A stretch of 64,000 nt of DNA from Perna viridis (lineage: Eukaryota). Both the position numbers and the translations under genes were made by a program. The stretch's first letter is position 1. The number at the start of each line of letters is the position of its first letter. The notes beneath the pieces were generated by a model. It was not told the origin of the DNA. It worked only from the letters and a program-made list of their open reading frames with translations, and made no database searches. Below are positions 51,301 to 63,315 of this stretch, in pieces. The stretch lies in assembly GCA_037379345.1 (NCBI GenBank), contig CM074511.1, positions 27,100,862-27,164,861 of the forward strand, read 5' to 3'.

Positions 51301-54300
51301 ATTACGTTACTATAACTCTTTCCTGCAACATAAATTTTTGGACTTAAATATTCTTTAAGTGGTTCTTCGAAAGTAAATCACTGTGTTAAAATAATAATGA
51401 AGTGCTTGTTATACCCATTAAATACAATTTGAGCGCACTTAGTTGTTAATAAATTGAGTGCTTAGAGCTCCTTTTGTGATGATGTTTTAATGCGCAGCAA
51501 TTTGCTTCCGTCGTTAGAAATAATATGAGAAGAATTGATTGAAAGTTTAAAAATAACAAATCGATTGGAAGTTGAATAAAAATACAGCTTAGGCATCCAT
51601 GTTATCCCAGGTTGTTAAAGGAACTATTGTAAGCAATTAATTCTAGAGACATCATTGGAACGTTCGTTTTCACCATTTTACATTAATCACATGTAAGCAT
51701 CAGATTAACTTGGACTGATTTCATTCTGATTCAAACGAAAGCTTGAAAGGCTTTGGTGAAATTGACTATGATACAAATATATCACTGATTTCAAAAGTTA
51801 TGTCCCTTACTCTGGGTCTACCTCCTTAAGATATTGTTTTCCTAGACACGTCACATTGACATATTTATCTTTGTATCTATAACGAATCCCTTTAGTCAGA
51901 CGAACTTTGTTATTTGTTTATGCAAGTCTTGTTCTTTGCTTTATTTCTAAACCTTTCAATCTACCAAAGTATGGGGTAAAAAGAACCACTTTGCCCGTCC
52001 GTGCGTTCGTCTATCTTTGTGTTTGCCTGCTCCAACATTCAGTGGTACAATGTATCTCAAGAAACTGCATGTATAAAGATATGCATGAATCTCAAGATAG
52101 TTATTGTAACGTGCTTAAGATTGGATATATTCAAACTTCATTGAGGTTCTTCATGCTTTAAAGCTTGTATGCTCAACTCCTCCTAAACAGTTTAACGGAA
52201 TTTCATGAAATTTATATGGCTGGACATCAAATGTAGAGAGATAATTTTTAGCATACTAATATGCATTTAATAGGGGGAATATTACCCAGCGAACTGGGCC
52301 GATATTTTTCAATGCTTACCATTAACTTATTACTTTAGATGAGAATGTCGCATGAAGGAAAACGGATACTTTCGAAGCAATCGCGTGACAGAACAGAGAA
52401 GGAGATTCAATACGTAAGTTTTATATACAGTAAAGCCTCAACTGAACCCTTATTAACCCGAATACCTTTAGTAGTTGTCCAAGAGCTCTACTAAATACCA
52501 GCCTTGACAGACGAATATCTAGTTCTACAGAAGTTCGCGTCAGACAAGTTTCATTTTACAGATAATTTACCCTCTTTATTTTGACGTACTATGTGATATG
52601 GATACCACGATTGAATTAAGGGGAAATCTAGAGAAATGGAAAAATAAATTATCAATCAACTTATTTGTCATCGTCTTTGATGTCTGGTCACCTAGAAGTG
52701 TTCTAAATAATGAGACGCTACTCAAATTTTAAGTGCATACTTTATTTCGAACAAAAGTACATGGTATTTCACAATTTTACAATTTCACAATATCAATATG
52801 AATAATGTATCAAAATAGTTTACAAATATGTATCGATGATTAATTACTTTAATATCTGACAAAAGTCATTGCTTATCAGTAATATAAATTTTGAAAATTA
52901 CGAACAACGCTGTTGATTTCATGACGTTCCCATGACGTTGGCGGTGCAAAAACACGGCGTCTTATCGCACTAATTATTTTGTATTCAAGCGGTCAGTTAT
53001 ACCCACCGGTAAAATTTGTAAATTGATAGTGATAGAAATTATGAATATGTTTGCAAAACATAACAATGAACATATGATAGACTTGTTTTGTCAATGACCG
53101 CAAAATGGATTTTTAATAACCAAAGTTGATAGTTGATTAGACGATAAATCAACACATTTGCATAAAATTTCAAGATTACAAAAAGAGCATCATTTTAGAA
53201 ATCCGTAACCATTCATCAACCGCACGCCCTAAAACAATCAATCATGATTAAAATCAATTGAATTTTCTGTCAGTTTTTTTTCTTTGTAGGCCACCATTGC
53301 TCTGCGCAATGTGAAGACCATCGCTGATTATCCTCTACATATTCAACAGCAATTAGCCAAATATGGTTTCTTTGAAAGGTTGGATTATAAATAGAATTTA
53401 ATTTCTTTGTTGTTTATACATACATGTATTTTAAAACGCCTACCGCATAAGCAATTAATTTGATAGAGATTTGTTTTATCTTGGTATTATTAATGAAGAA
53501 CGAATTGAGAGAAGTACATGCATGACACTGTTAAACATATAGTGGAACTGTTGTGATTGAATGTACTGTAAAAATGCAGTAGTTGACCTGGCGCGACATC
53601 ACCGTGAAAAAAAAATCATGACGCGCATAACACAACCTCATAATGACCTATAAAACTGTGAGATCGTGGTGAGTTCCTCTTGATTGTTGTGTGAGGAGGC
53701 CTTATCAAGTTTGGTGAATTTAAAAGTACCTCATCACAAATGACGTACTGGTCGTCAGTTAAACTGGATAATAGGAATTCTATTTGATATTATGCAGATA
53801 TTTTGCAGAATTATTATAATCACATTCTCTTGTTCCCTTTGATGTAATATGTATATTTTTTTGTCGACACTTTGTTTTGAATTACAGCCATTGTTTAAAT
53901 AAAAAAAACTTTTAAAACTAAAATCGAACGTTTAAACATACACAAAACATGGAACCCTTGAAAATCCAACATACTGTTGGTTGTCCAAAAATGTATTCAT
54001 TTGCTTTGCTTCAATACTTGCCAATCTCAATGACTTCATCATATTTGAACAAAGGAATAAAAAAGGGACAGATTCGGTGAACCGCAACAATCGTAAAAAT
54101 CGTAAAACCTCTATAAAATAAATACTTACAGGGATCATCAAAAGGTGTTCAATAAGTGTAAAAACACACAAGTAAGCTCTGAAAGGCCCAGAAAACAAAA
54201 GTAATACAATCCATGGTAACAGAACGGTGACACTCCTTCAAAATAAACTAAAACGTCAAATAACGACACGAAGACACATTAATGACCACCATTGACATTA

Positions 54301-57300
54301 GGGCCGACGGTAGCATTTTGTCACATATGCTTTTTTTTTCATTTCAGTTATGAACCAAAGCGAATAGTTGTGAAGGAGGGGCGACCATCTGAGAATTACT
54401 ACATACTCATATATGGTCAAGGTAACTCAAATAGAAATATGTCTTTCTAAAGAGTTTGCTTCTTAACTAGTACCATTGATTTGTTTATTAATTTTTATTG
54501 CAAAATTAATCATAGCAATTCTTTAAGGATAGAAATCAATAACAGAGTTACATGTACTTCTTTATGTGAATGGTTATATATTTTCATGGATAATCTGTTT
54601 AATCAGAATAGATACCATGAAGCTGTGTTAACGTTTTTATGTAACACCAGACTAATTTACTGTATTCAGCCATGGATTATTCCAGTTCAGATCATCTCTA
54701 ACTTTCGATAAATCTGTCTCCTGAACCTTAGACTAAATTTTGTATCTTCTGACAGTTAAAAAAAGCGTGTGGTCAGATTCCATTTCCTACTTAGCTAACT
54801 CATTAAATATTACTTTAAGTTGTATATTTTAGAATTGTTTGAAAATCTGCTTTTATTTCCTAGAAAAAAATGATTTGATAGTGTTTTAGTACATTGTAGT
54901 ACCTCACCCCTGATTAGAGCAGATCTGTTGCTGATAAATTCATCTAAAAGCAATAATTCGAAATAAAGAAAGTATGGCTATTTAGAAATGATACTGTGCC
55001 AAGTAAAATGGAACGTTTTAGAGTAAAAAAAAACGATGTACGAGTCATAATATTTCTTTTCATATTTATCATATTGTATAAATGAATCCTGGTTTTGTTT
55101 TTATTAGTCATTTCCAAATGACATCACCCTCGAACAATCCTATTTTTACTATTTCAACATGAGAAGTCAATGCACTCACACAGTTCAGTAATATACAGCA
55201 CTCCAACAGTTTTTATTGTCTTTTTCTGCAAATATGGTTTAATTATCTATTTCATATATTATAAAATTCTTTTTTAAGTAATGTTTGCCAAAATGGATGC
55301 TGGGAACATGGCAAAACGTTTAGGATCACTTTATAGAGGGTACTACTTTGGAGTAAGTATGTAAGTCAGTTTCTTTAATTCCCCTTAACGAGTAAGTCTC
55401 ATTTATAAACTTTACGTAAATGTATGTACTGCAGAACATTTTCATATGAGAAAAGGTTCAATAGTAGCCAGAAAAACGAAAAAATATATTTCAATCCTCA
55501 AAGGATAATCAATTGCACGGAAATGTCAGATCGACATACAGACAAATTAACTGACTTCAATAAGTTAAAGAAAAGACGCTCGTAAATCGGTTCTTCGCAA
55601 ATTAGAGCATCGACATAAACACGCATTTTATCTACATGAATACAGTGAAACATGACTAAACCGAACCTTGTTTGCATTGAAACATGTGTTCAGTTAGACA
55701 GGTGTTCGATCGGATTACACAGGTCATAAATGCATTAGAACTGAAATAAAGGGGACTTCAAAGGATGTCTGGTTTAGACAGGTTTCTTGTCAATTATGGA
55801 TTCGGTTTGAACATTTTTCTCTGTACTGTGAATATTCTGTTTACCTATGAACAAACGGGGTCAACTCTTTAGTTGTACTGTTTCACTTTTAGGACAGGTA
55901 TATGTAAGAGTCCTATTATATGTTTATTCACATGTATTTACTCTACGTTTCCAAAATATTTCAATTTACTAAGCAACAACTTACTAGTTACTGAATTGTA
56001 TTTTGCCCTTTATACAATCTACAAACTGCACTGACTTATTTTTAAAATTTAAATAAAGGTTTGGTTCAATTGAAGTAACACATATTTGTTCCATCTCAAA
56101 CATTCTGATGAGTATGAAGGAATGTCAATATGAGCAAATGTCTTTACTTTGAACTTGAGTTATGAATCACGTACAACTTCATCATTGTCAATAAATTGTT
56201 ATTGTCATTAAGTATTTACTTAATCGATTCAGCAATTCAATTACAGGAATTAGGCATCTACAACGGAACTCCTCGACAGTCTTCAATCATAACCGAGGAA
56301 TATACGGAACTTTTACGTGTCTCTGACGTGGTAGGTTTGGCTCTTTCAATAAGTAGTTTTAATTACACTGTTGCGCATGTTTCCATTTGGGTCAATGATT
56401 GACAGGAAGTTGCATCATCAAGGGTATCAGAATACTAAACGGAAAGGGTGGTTTATTTATTTTATCTTTTTCTTCTAAATTTATACATTTTCCTTTGATA
56501 TAGAGAGTATTAGTTCGAGAACATTAAAATATCGTTTTTCATCGTCGATGTTGTTGAGTCAATCCTTCTCAGAAATTTATCTTATAGTACGTTTGAAATG
56601 AATGAAATAATGAAATTGATTGTAAAGTTCTTACTTAAACTGTTTCTAAGACATTATGACAAGTATTGTACTTCGAGTTGATTGTCTGACTGTGTGTACC
56701 TTTAATTGCCTAAGTCGCTTTGTCTGGTTGGTATTTACCAATTCTTCACGTTGCATTACATACTTTCACCTTGAAAATCGTTATAATCTTACTAGATATA
56801 AGATATCAACAGTATGATGAGTATATTGTTTCAAGACTTAATCATTAAAGTTTATAATTCTAGGATTTCAAACGAATATTTATGGGAGGCGACATTTCCA
56901 GGGATCCTGAAAACGATGGCTTCCTTACGTAAGGCTAAAGCTTAAAGCGATATATATTACTTAATCTTTTAAATCTTTTAAGATGATTTGGTTAAATACA
57001 ACATTGGCTTACAATACGACAAACGTTATGTAAAACTTCAAAAATCAAGTATCAATCTTTAAAGGAAAGAAGAAAAAAAGAACTGCACATTCTACTGAAT
57101 AAACTGCAAGTGCTACGGCTTCTGCAAGAGTAAACAAGGGAACCAATGTTATAGCGGTAATCAAAGAGTAATGAAAAGAACCAAGGTTACAGCAGTAATC
57201 AAAAGAGTAATCAAGGGAACCAAGGTTATAGCGGTAATCAAAAGAATGTTATCCAGGAACAAAGACCAGACATGGAAAACAGACACAACAAAGAACATAA

Positions 57301-60300
57301 AGTAACGAAAATAATACATACATGGTAACAAAAGCAAATGAGCAACTTAGACTTCAATAAAAACTGGGAGCATGTAACACATGCGTCAAACAAGCACATT
57401 TACACGGTTATCGTTGAATGTCCTTTGGTTGATTTAAGTTTGATTTTAGTATTCATGCTTTTTAATAATTCAGAGCAAATGTTGAGATTTTACTGCTATT
57501 TTAACCTTCGTATCCATCAGAGAAAGCAATGTTGTCAATAGTTTTTTTTACTTATAAAATGATTATTATCATAATGATATTTAATTCTAAGACACTATGC
57601 CCCATATGAACCCATATCTACTCATCTGATTTAAAGTTACTCTCCCTGTTTAAACGGAAGGCATTAATTTTATCAAATAAAAGTTTTCTGTTTAACAGGA
57701 ATGTAATATACCTCAAAGGTTGGCCACTGAAAGTTCTTACAGGGAACAGAAAAGCAATTATGACAAGCTATTACCAGTAAGTTAAACTTTATTGTTTCGT
57801 TTATTTTCTTTCGATTACTAACATTTCCGTATCTGGACCAATTTCTTCCGCAGGCTTAATAACCACTTCTTTTACTTATTGACTGATTTTAAGTCCACAA
57901 AAGAGTAAGATCTGTTATCTTTGCTCTTAACTCACAGAGCAGTATTCGTTAATTCATAGCAGTGCACTATAAAAGTATGGTTCTGTTAAACTTATAAACC
58001 AAGATTTTCCCTCAAAACCTCCCTCAGTTCAAACTTAGATATATCAGACAATTTAAAAAAAAAGGAATTTAAAGAAATATCCAATTTAGAAATATTTTAT
58101 GACTGACATCCAGACTTTAGCTAGCTAATAATCAAGCGGAGCGAGACGTAGAAAATTAGGAAATGGTTACTTGTTACTGATTGGTTGGTTCTCTTTGAGT
58201 AAATCAGATTATGTTGTATAATCTGGCTTGGTACTATGAAGTCAGTAACATTGACTGATCCGCACTCCACGATTCAAATAATCCCCACACAAAATGACGT
58301 TTTGAATACGAATCAATTATTTAAAATATTTGGAGTGTCATTCATTACAAATTAAATTATAAGAAATGTAATATATATTTTAACACCATATAGACAAAAA
58401 TTGATATAAGGTTATAGATTTGTGGGTATATTTGTATCGAATCAAAAAGTATATTGATATTAGATTTAGCTTTGGAGAGTTATTTTATGAGGCTTTTACA
58501 AGAAATGTCATACCGGGTAGTCGCTATATTGTGGCAATAGCTAACAATACTACATGGATAAAACCCTCCGTACCATAATATTTGTAATTTACAGTATATC
58601 TTTTTTTTTTGTGTGTTTGTTTGTTTGTTTGTTTGTTTTTTGTTTCAAATTCCCTTTGTTTTATTGTTTACTTCTTATTTTGAAGTGTTTTGCACAAAGT
58701 CAATATGGGAATATACTGCAAACTTACATTAGGCTGCTTGTTTAGTAAATATCAATGATTCGTCCGTAATTGTGGTACTTATAGATTTTGCTATCATTTT
58801 TTTTACAGAAGAAAGTCAATTCTAACCAGGGATAGTAATTTGTCAGAGTGGATTTATATTGTTAAATCAGTAAGTTTTTAGTGCAATTAAAGAAAACCGT
58901 CATTGCAATCATCACTGGAAATTATTCAATGCGAAAGTAGAAAGTTAGGGAGCTTTAAAATTATAACCAAAATTCTTTACATTCACATTATTATACATTG
59001 TAATTGATTTCAAGGAACTCTGATTTCAAAAGCTGCATATTATAGAACATAACTAGCTTGTTGAATGAATTTAAAAACAGAGAGGTCATCAATATTCAGA
59101 ATAATTTAAAGTTGTTCATTTGATTCCAATTTACATACTGTACTTTGATAAGCTATATGTATTTTGTTTCTTGAATCTGTCTCGGATATATCGCCATTTT
59201 GCCATACATATTTTAGTATATCACTGATATATCGCCATTTTGCCATACGCCTTTGAGTATACCACTGATATATCGCCATTTTGCCATACGCCTTTGAGTA
59301 TACCACTGATATATCGTTTTAAGGTTTATTAATTCTATGAGTCTTGTTTTTCATAAGGGTTCAATACGTGTTATGAAGAAATTGGTAAAGACAAAAGCAA
59401 ATACAAGCAAACGGAATGGTCTATACAAGAAACTTGCTAATTGTGATGGCTATAAAGCTTTCCAATCTGCCGAGGAGGAATACCAGAGATTTATACTTTA
59501 CAATAATATCGAAACACCTCCACCTTTGACAAGATATGGTGACGATGAAAGCATCATAAGTTTAAACAGAGAAGAATCATCTCTTACTTTACCTCTGATG
59601 CTGAAGTTGCAACGTGCTTGTCGTCCTAGGACTGCTTTTACTGACGTCACTGATGTGTCATCGAATAGGTCATGGCGTCGAATGTCTATGTCATGGTCCA
59701 GCGGTTATGAGCGAACTAATAGAAAACAGGTAAAAATACCCTAATGATTTGGACTTTTTTATTTTCAACGAAATCATTTGTTCCTAATGTGTTAATAGAA
59801 GTCCAAGCTTTTACTTTGTGTATCGATAAACAATAATTCTGTTAATAAACGATTTCAACAGTTTGTCACTAAAAGAAGACCGTAAAAATTCCCTAATGTT
59901 TGGCAAAGGTACATCATGTAATTAATATTTACACATTATATGTTAGCAACTGATATCAACAATCTACTTAAGGAATATAACTAATATCTGAATATATCAT
60001 CTTGTATAAAGAACTTTGGTTCGACTTACACAGTATAAACCACTTCGCAGTGTATGTAATGGGTAAATCGAACCCAGTTCTTTATACAAGATAATATTTT
60101 CAGATATTAGTTGCATCATTATGATTTAATATTATGGCAAAAACTATGACAAAGTCATATTAATAAATTCCAATATAAACGCCTTTTTTCAGACAGGATT
60201 AATTCATTGGTAAAAGTAACCCAGTTCAAAAGGGGCGTGGTTTAAAGTTTAAAGCGGTCTTATTGATCAAGTAATAGGAAAAATGTGTATCTAAGATAAA

Positions 60301-62516
60301 ATAAAAAGGACGGTATCTTTTCTAACAGTAAAAAATGGTCATATTGAATTATATAGAAAAAAAGATACCTAACAGACCTATATTGGTAATATACTTTTTT
60401 ACGCCTTAATTCTTTCTACAATATGCGATGACTATTGTGACCATCATGGCACTACAATGGCGGGGTTATGATAGAAGACACTAAACGCTAAAGCTAATTA
60501 TGAAATAAACATTATACAATATATAACCTTAATGTTTTTTTTTTAGATTTCGAGTTTCTGTCCGTCATCTATACAATCCCCACGAACACAAGTCTCGTCA
60601 TCACTGTCTTCACACGAAAACCAGGAAAATCGACAATCAGGTAGAGATAGATGTTTCGAACTTTATGTTTGAATCCTTAATAATTGTGCTTTAATGCAGT
60701 TAGACATTTTAAACTTATCATTGCTTTTCTAAGACTTTATAAATACATTAATAACGCTTTGTCGTCTACGAAACCGTTGTATAGAAGTTTGTTTACATTT
60801 GTTTAAAGGTCAAGTTGAGATAACCCGTCTTCTTTTGTGCTCCTGAAACAACTAAACTGTACTTTTAAAGATAATTTCGATCCCAAACAGTTTATCGTTC
60901 GTATTGGTAGATTACAAAAAAATGTAAAGAAAAAAAATGTGTGTGTGTTTGTGTGTGTTAAATTTTAACACCACAAAACTGTATAGTTATGTACATGCTA
61001 CTTTCAGTTTGCTATCATGGGGAGGGTCTTTTTTTTTAGAAAAAAAAATATGATAACTTACATGTAATCGAGAATTTAGCATTAAAATTAAGACACAAAA
61101 GTAGCATTAGGTTATTTTTACTTCTCCTTATTTTCATGAAATATGCTGTAGTATAGAAAGAAACTTTATACTATTGACTTATTTTCATGAAATATACTGT
61201 TGCATAGACACTTTTTTTAATGAATTAAAAACATGATAGGGAGACATTTTCCCAAATAATATGAAATGAAATGGGCTCTACTTATATATTATCAAGTTAA
61301 TGGTGACCAGATTTTTTTAAAAGTCTGAAAAATCATTTGATTGATTTGATATATTAAGTAGTACTCCATCTAAGAATCATGCAAATGTAATTCACGGTTG
61401 GAAAGCCTACATGTTTTTATTTTTGATATTTTGTTTAAATTGTTATGATAAACAGAAATTGACATGTGGTTTTTCATATAACCCGTGCTCTTAGAAGATA
61501 AAAATTATATAGAATGTACTGTGGAATTCATACCTAAGCGAGATAACTCTGTAAATGACAGTAAAATGCAATAGAAACTGTTGTATTTTCAATGTGAATT
61601 AAAAGAGCAGACAGATTGGAATGAATAATTATATATTTCATCATATATATATATCTATAAAGCAACTTACTTACAAAATAAAAATATGTAGCCTTTTTTG
61701 AGGTGTATCACATTTTGCAGAATTTGCATGATTCTTACAAAGACTGCTACTTAAGTACAACCTTTGAACAAATTTTCGTCTGAGAATTTCAGAAAAAGTC
61801 AAATCGAAGACGTCTGTTTTTTAAAGAGTATATGTTTGAGTTCTGCAAGTACGAGAGTTTTCAAATATGAAAATCCTGAGCAGGATTGTTACAGAAATTT
61901 GCATTCATCTTCAATATAATCTTATAATTATATTTGTATCACGTTTACGAAAATGCAATCCTCAAGAAAAAAAACCAGCAGTGATCTTAGATATGCTTTC
62001 TTTGATTGACACAACAGAAAAATGCCAATGAGAATTATTTTAGATCCATTAAAATCTTGTAATTTTAAAATTACCTTAATTTGCGCACCTGTAAGTCTTA
62101 GACGGTTAGTTCCAGGTGTTATAATATATATATATTTATATGACAATCCCATTCTTTAAATTCCTGGGTTTTCCTTAGAAAATTTGCTATAGTGTTCTAA
62201 TAACGTTTGACGCCAATCATATATAAATATTGTAGGAGTGATTAGGCTAATTAAAAAATGATATATACTTATTTTGATTGTAGGTTGGCATCTGATATGA
62301 GTATTTTAAGATTTGTCAGATAAAACTTTTAATGATGAGGTGATACGTATATGATACGTTTTTAAGTAACAAGAATTTAAAGTAATTTGGCAATAATTTT
62401 AGCTATTTTGACCATCTTGTTTTTGTTTCGTATATATTTCACCTACAGCTGCTCCGAAAAAAGATGAAGGACGCAGAACTATATTTGACGATTGGGATGC
62501 GGCTACAAAGTTCAAG
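44948..62516 (+). CDS. CNBD2: Cyclic nucleotide-binding domain-containing protein 2-like, first 14 coding exons (3' end beyond window)
   Basis: Exons 44948-45379, 49690-49772, 50796-50922, 52339-52413, 53290-53378, 54348-54421, 55279-55352, 56247-56330, 56864-56928, 57699-57776, 58809-58869, 59358-59729, 60547-60640, 62449-62516; phases concordant. CNB motifs RIVVKEG..SENYYILIYG, YFGELGIYNGTPRQSS; second domain starts RDSNLSEWIYIVKSG. Symbol from recalled family similarity; could be a paralog. Confidence 0.8.
45817..46012. mobile_element. GGAGG..AGACC MITE with TTAA on both sides
   Basis: TTAA at 45813-16 and 46013-16; body matches 8090-8301. Confidence 0.8.
46180..46522. mobile_element. GTGTCAGTCCCTGTAAGAATC MITE copy (inverted orientation)
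   Basis: Reverse complement aligns with 24722-25078; TTAA at 46523-26. Confidence 0.78.
46771..46887. repeat. minisatellite, 3 x 39 bp
   Basis: AAGTATGCCGATATAACAAATACCCGTCTAATATCGGTG x3. Confidence 0.95.
48256..48647. mobile_element. ~390-bp TTAA-flanked MITE (GTAG..GTAAGAATCATGCAAA family)
   Basis: TTAA on both sides; second copy at 61358-61750. Confidence 0.8.
49690..49772 (+). CDS. CNBD2-like exon 2
   Basis: KRLLRKFRVIAKSIGYMIHLSQRVRMD; ttttcag|...|gtaagt. Confidence 0.85.
50796..50922 (+). CDS. CNBD2-like exon 3
   Basis: EDSNVAFRAEMNRL...IDTSYYKANTQ; phase 2/0. Confidence 0.75.
51008..51163 (-). mobile_element. decayed Penelope-like 3' fragment
   Basis: TAATCCAGGGA...TCCTCTGCTTTCTAGATACACCAGCGAGTTGCTCAT. 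Confidence 0.6.
51652..51825. mobile_element. GGAGGTAGACC MITE, left end missing
   Basis: Right TIR followed by TTAA. Confidence 0.75.
52339..52413 (+). CDS. CNBD2-like exon 4
   Basis: MRMSHEGKRILSKQSRDRTEKEIQY. Confidence 0.88.
53290..53378 (+). CDS. CNBD2-like exon 5
   Basis: ATIALRNVKTIADYPLHIQQQLAKYGFFE. Confidence 0.88.
54348..54421 (+). CDS. CNBD2-like exon 6
   Basis: YEPKRIVVKEGRPSENYYILIYGQ. Confidence 0.9.
55279..55352 (+). CDS. CNBD2-like exon 7
   Basis: MFAKMDAGNMAKRLGSLYRGYYFG. Confidence 0.88.
55643..55823. mobile_element. TA-flanked CAGTGAAAC MITE (Tc1/mariner/pogo-like)
   Basis: TA-CAGTGAAACATG..AAACCGAA ... TTCGGTTT..CATTTTTCTCTG-TA. Confidence 0.65.
56247..56330 (+). CDS. 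CNBD2-like exon 8 (phosphate-binding cassette)
   Basis: ELGIYNGTPRQSSIITEEYTELLRVSDV. Confidence 0.9.
56864..56928 (+). CDS. CNBD2-like exon 9
   Basis: DFKRIFMGGDISRDPENDGFL. Confidence 0.88.
57126..57374 (-). mobile_element. Penelope-like 3' fragment with triplicated 38-39-bp terminus
   Basis: AAGAGTAA..AAGGGAACCAAGGTTATAGCGGTAATCA units start at 57126, 57164 and 57203. Confidence 0.85.
57699..57776 (+). CDS. CNBD2-like exon 10
   Basis: NVIYLKGWPLKVLTGNRKAIMTSYY. Confidence 0.88.
58809..58869 (+). CDS. CNBD2-like exon 11
   Basis: RKSILTRDSNLSEWIYIVKS. Confidence 0.88.
59185..59316. repeat. minisatellite, ~3.2 x 41 bp
   Basis: GATATATCGCCATTTTGCCATACGCCTTTGAGTATACCACT; units at 59185, 59226, 59267, 59308. 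Confidence 0.95.
59358..59729 (+). CDS. CNBD2-like exon 12
   Basis: GSIRVMKKL...RTNRKQ; 372 nt, phase 0/0. Confidence 0.85.
59979..60112. repeat. long inverted repeat (~50-bp arms)
   Basis: AACTAATATCTGAA.AT..TCTTGTATAAAGAACT..GGTTCGA.TTAC and its reverse complement. Confidence 0.85.
60547..60640 (+). CDS. CNBD2-like exon 13
   Basis: ISSFCPSSIQSPRTQVSSSLSSHENQENRQS; strong acceptor. Confidence 0.75.
61358..61750. mobile_element. ~390-bp TTAA-flanked MITE copy
   Basis: TTAA on both sides; aligns with 48256-48647. Confidence 0.8.
62449..62516 (+). CDS. CNBD2-like exon 14
   Basis: APKKDEGRRTIFDDWDAATKFK; phase 1/0. Confidence 0.75.
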
Positions 62517-62978
62517 GTATTTCATTCATAATGAGTATTCAAGAATGTGTGCTTTCGTTTAAGTAACAGTCCACATAAAATTCAGACACAACCAATGGTA
62601 AATTGATTCATGGTCAAGAAAAATCACCAAACTTTTTAGAAAATCATACATTTATCTCCCACTAAAATCAACCATATCAAGCCAAATAAAGGACGATAAC
62701 TCAAAGTGCAAATTCCGTGTACTTTTATCTAAGCGCAACACCCAAATGAAAAATCAAGACTGATTAATATGTGATCTGTAACTGATTCTGAGTAACAAAT
62801 AAAATAAATTTAGTGGGTTCTTAACATGCATGAATCACCTCCTATCTGATCTTTAGAAAGACTGATACTTAAGTTGAAAAATGTCCCAGCAAAACGTTTC
62901 TTAAAATGTTGTAGTATGAACTGGAATCAGCAAAAATGAATTAAATAAAGGGAAATAACAAAAATAATGAACTGATAA

Positions 62979-63230
62979 AAGAATAATTAAAGGAACCAAG
63001 GTTATAGTGGTAATCAAAAGAATGTAATCCAGGGACAAAGACCAGACATGGACAACAGACATACACAACAAAGAACATGAAGTAAATAAAATCATACATA
63101 CAAAGTAACAAAAGTAAATAAGCAACTCGGACTCCATTAAAAAAACTGGGAGCATAGACCAGGAGCACTGGTAGGGTAAGCGTCCTCTGCTTTTCTAGAA
63201 ATACCCGCCGAGTTGCTCATAAAAAGTCAA
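62979..63230 (-). mobile_element. Penelope-like 3' fragment
   Basis: Family 3' end; same orientation as the next copy, 85 bp away. Confidence 0.82.
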
Positions 63231-63315
63231 TCTAGGCAATAGACAAAAGGAATAGTCTAAAAGGAAAGTCAATAGAATAAGTGGCATTATCAGGGTAAAA
63301 AGACGGAAAGTTGGA

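Noticed and set aside
56105-56135. CTGATGAG hammerhead-like core
   Set aside because: No stem II followed by GAAA and no flanking stems.
57126-57245. CRISPR-like array
   Set aside because: Direct tandem units with no unique spacers, in a eukaryotic context with no cas genes; the same applies to 46771 and 59185.
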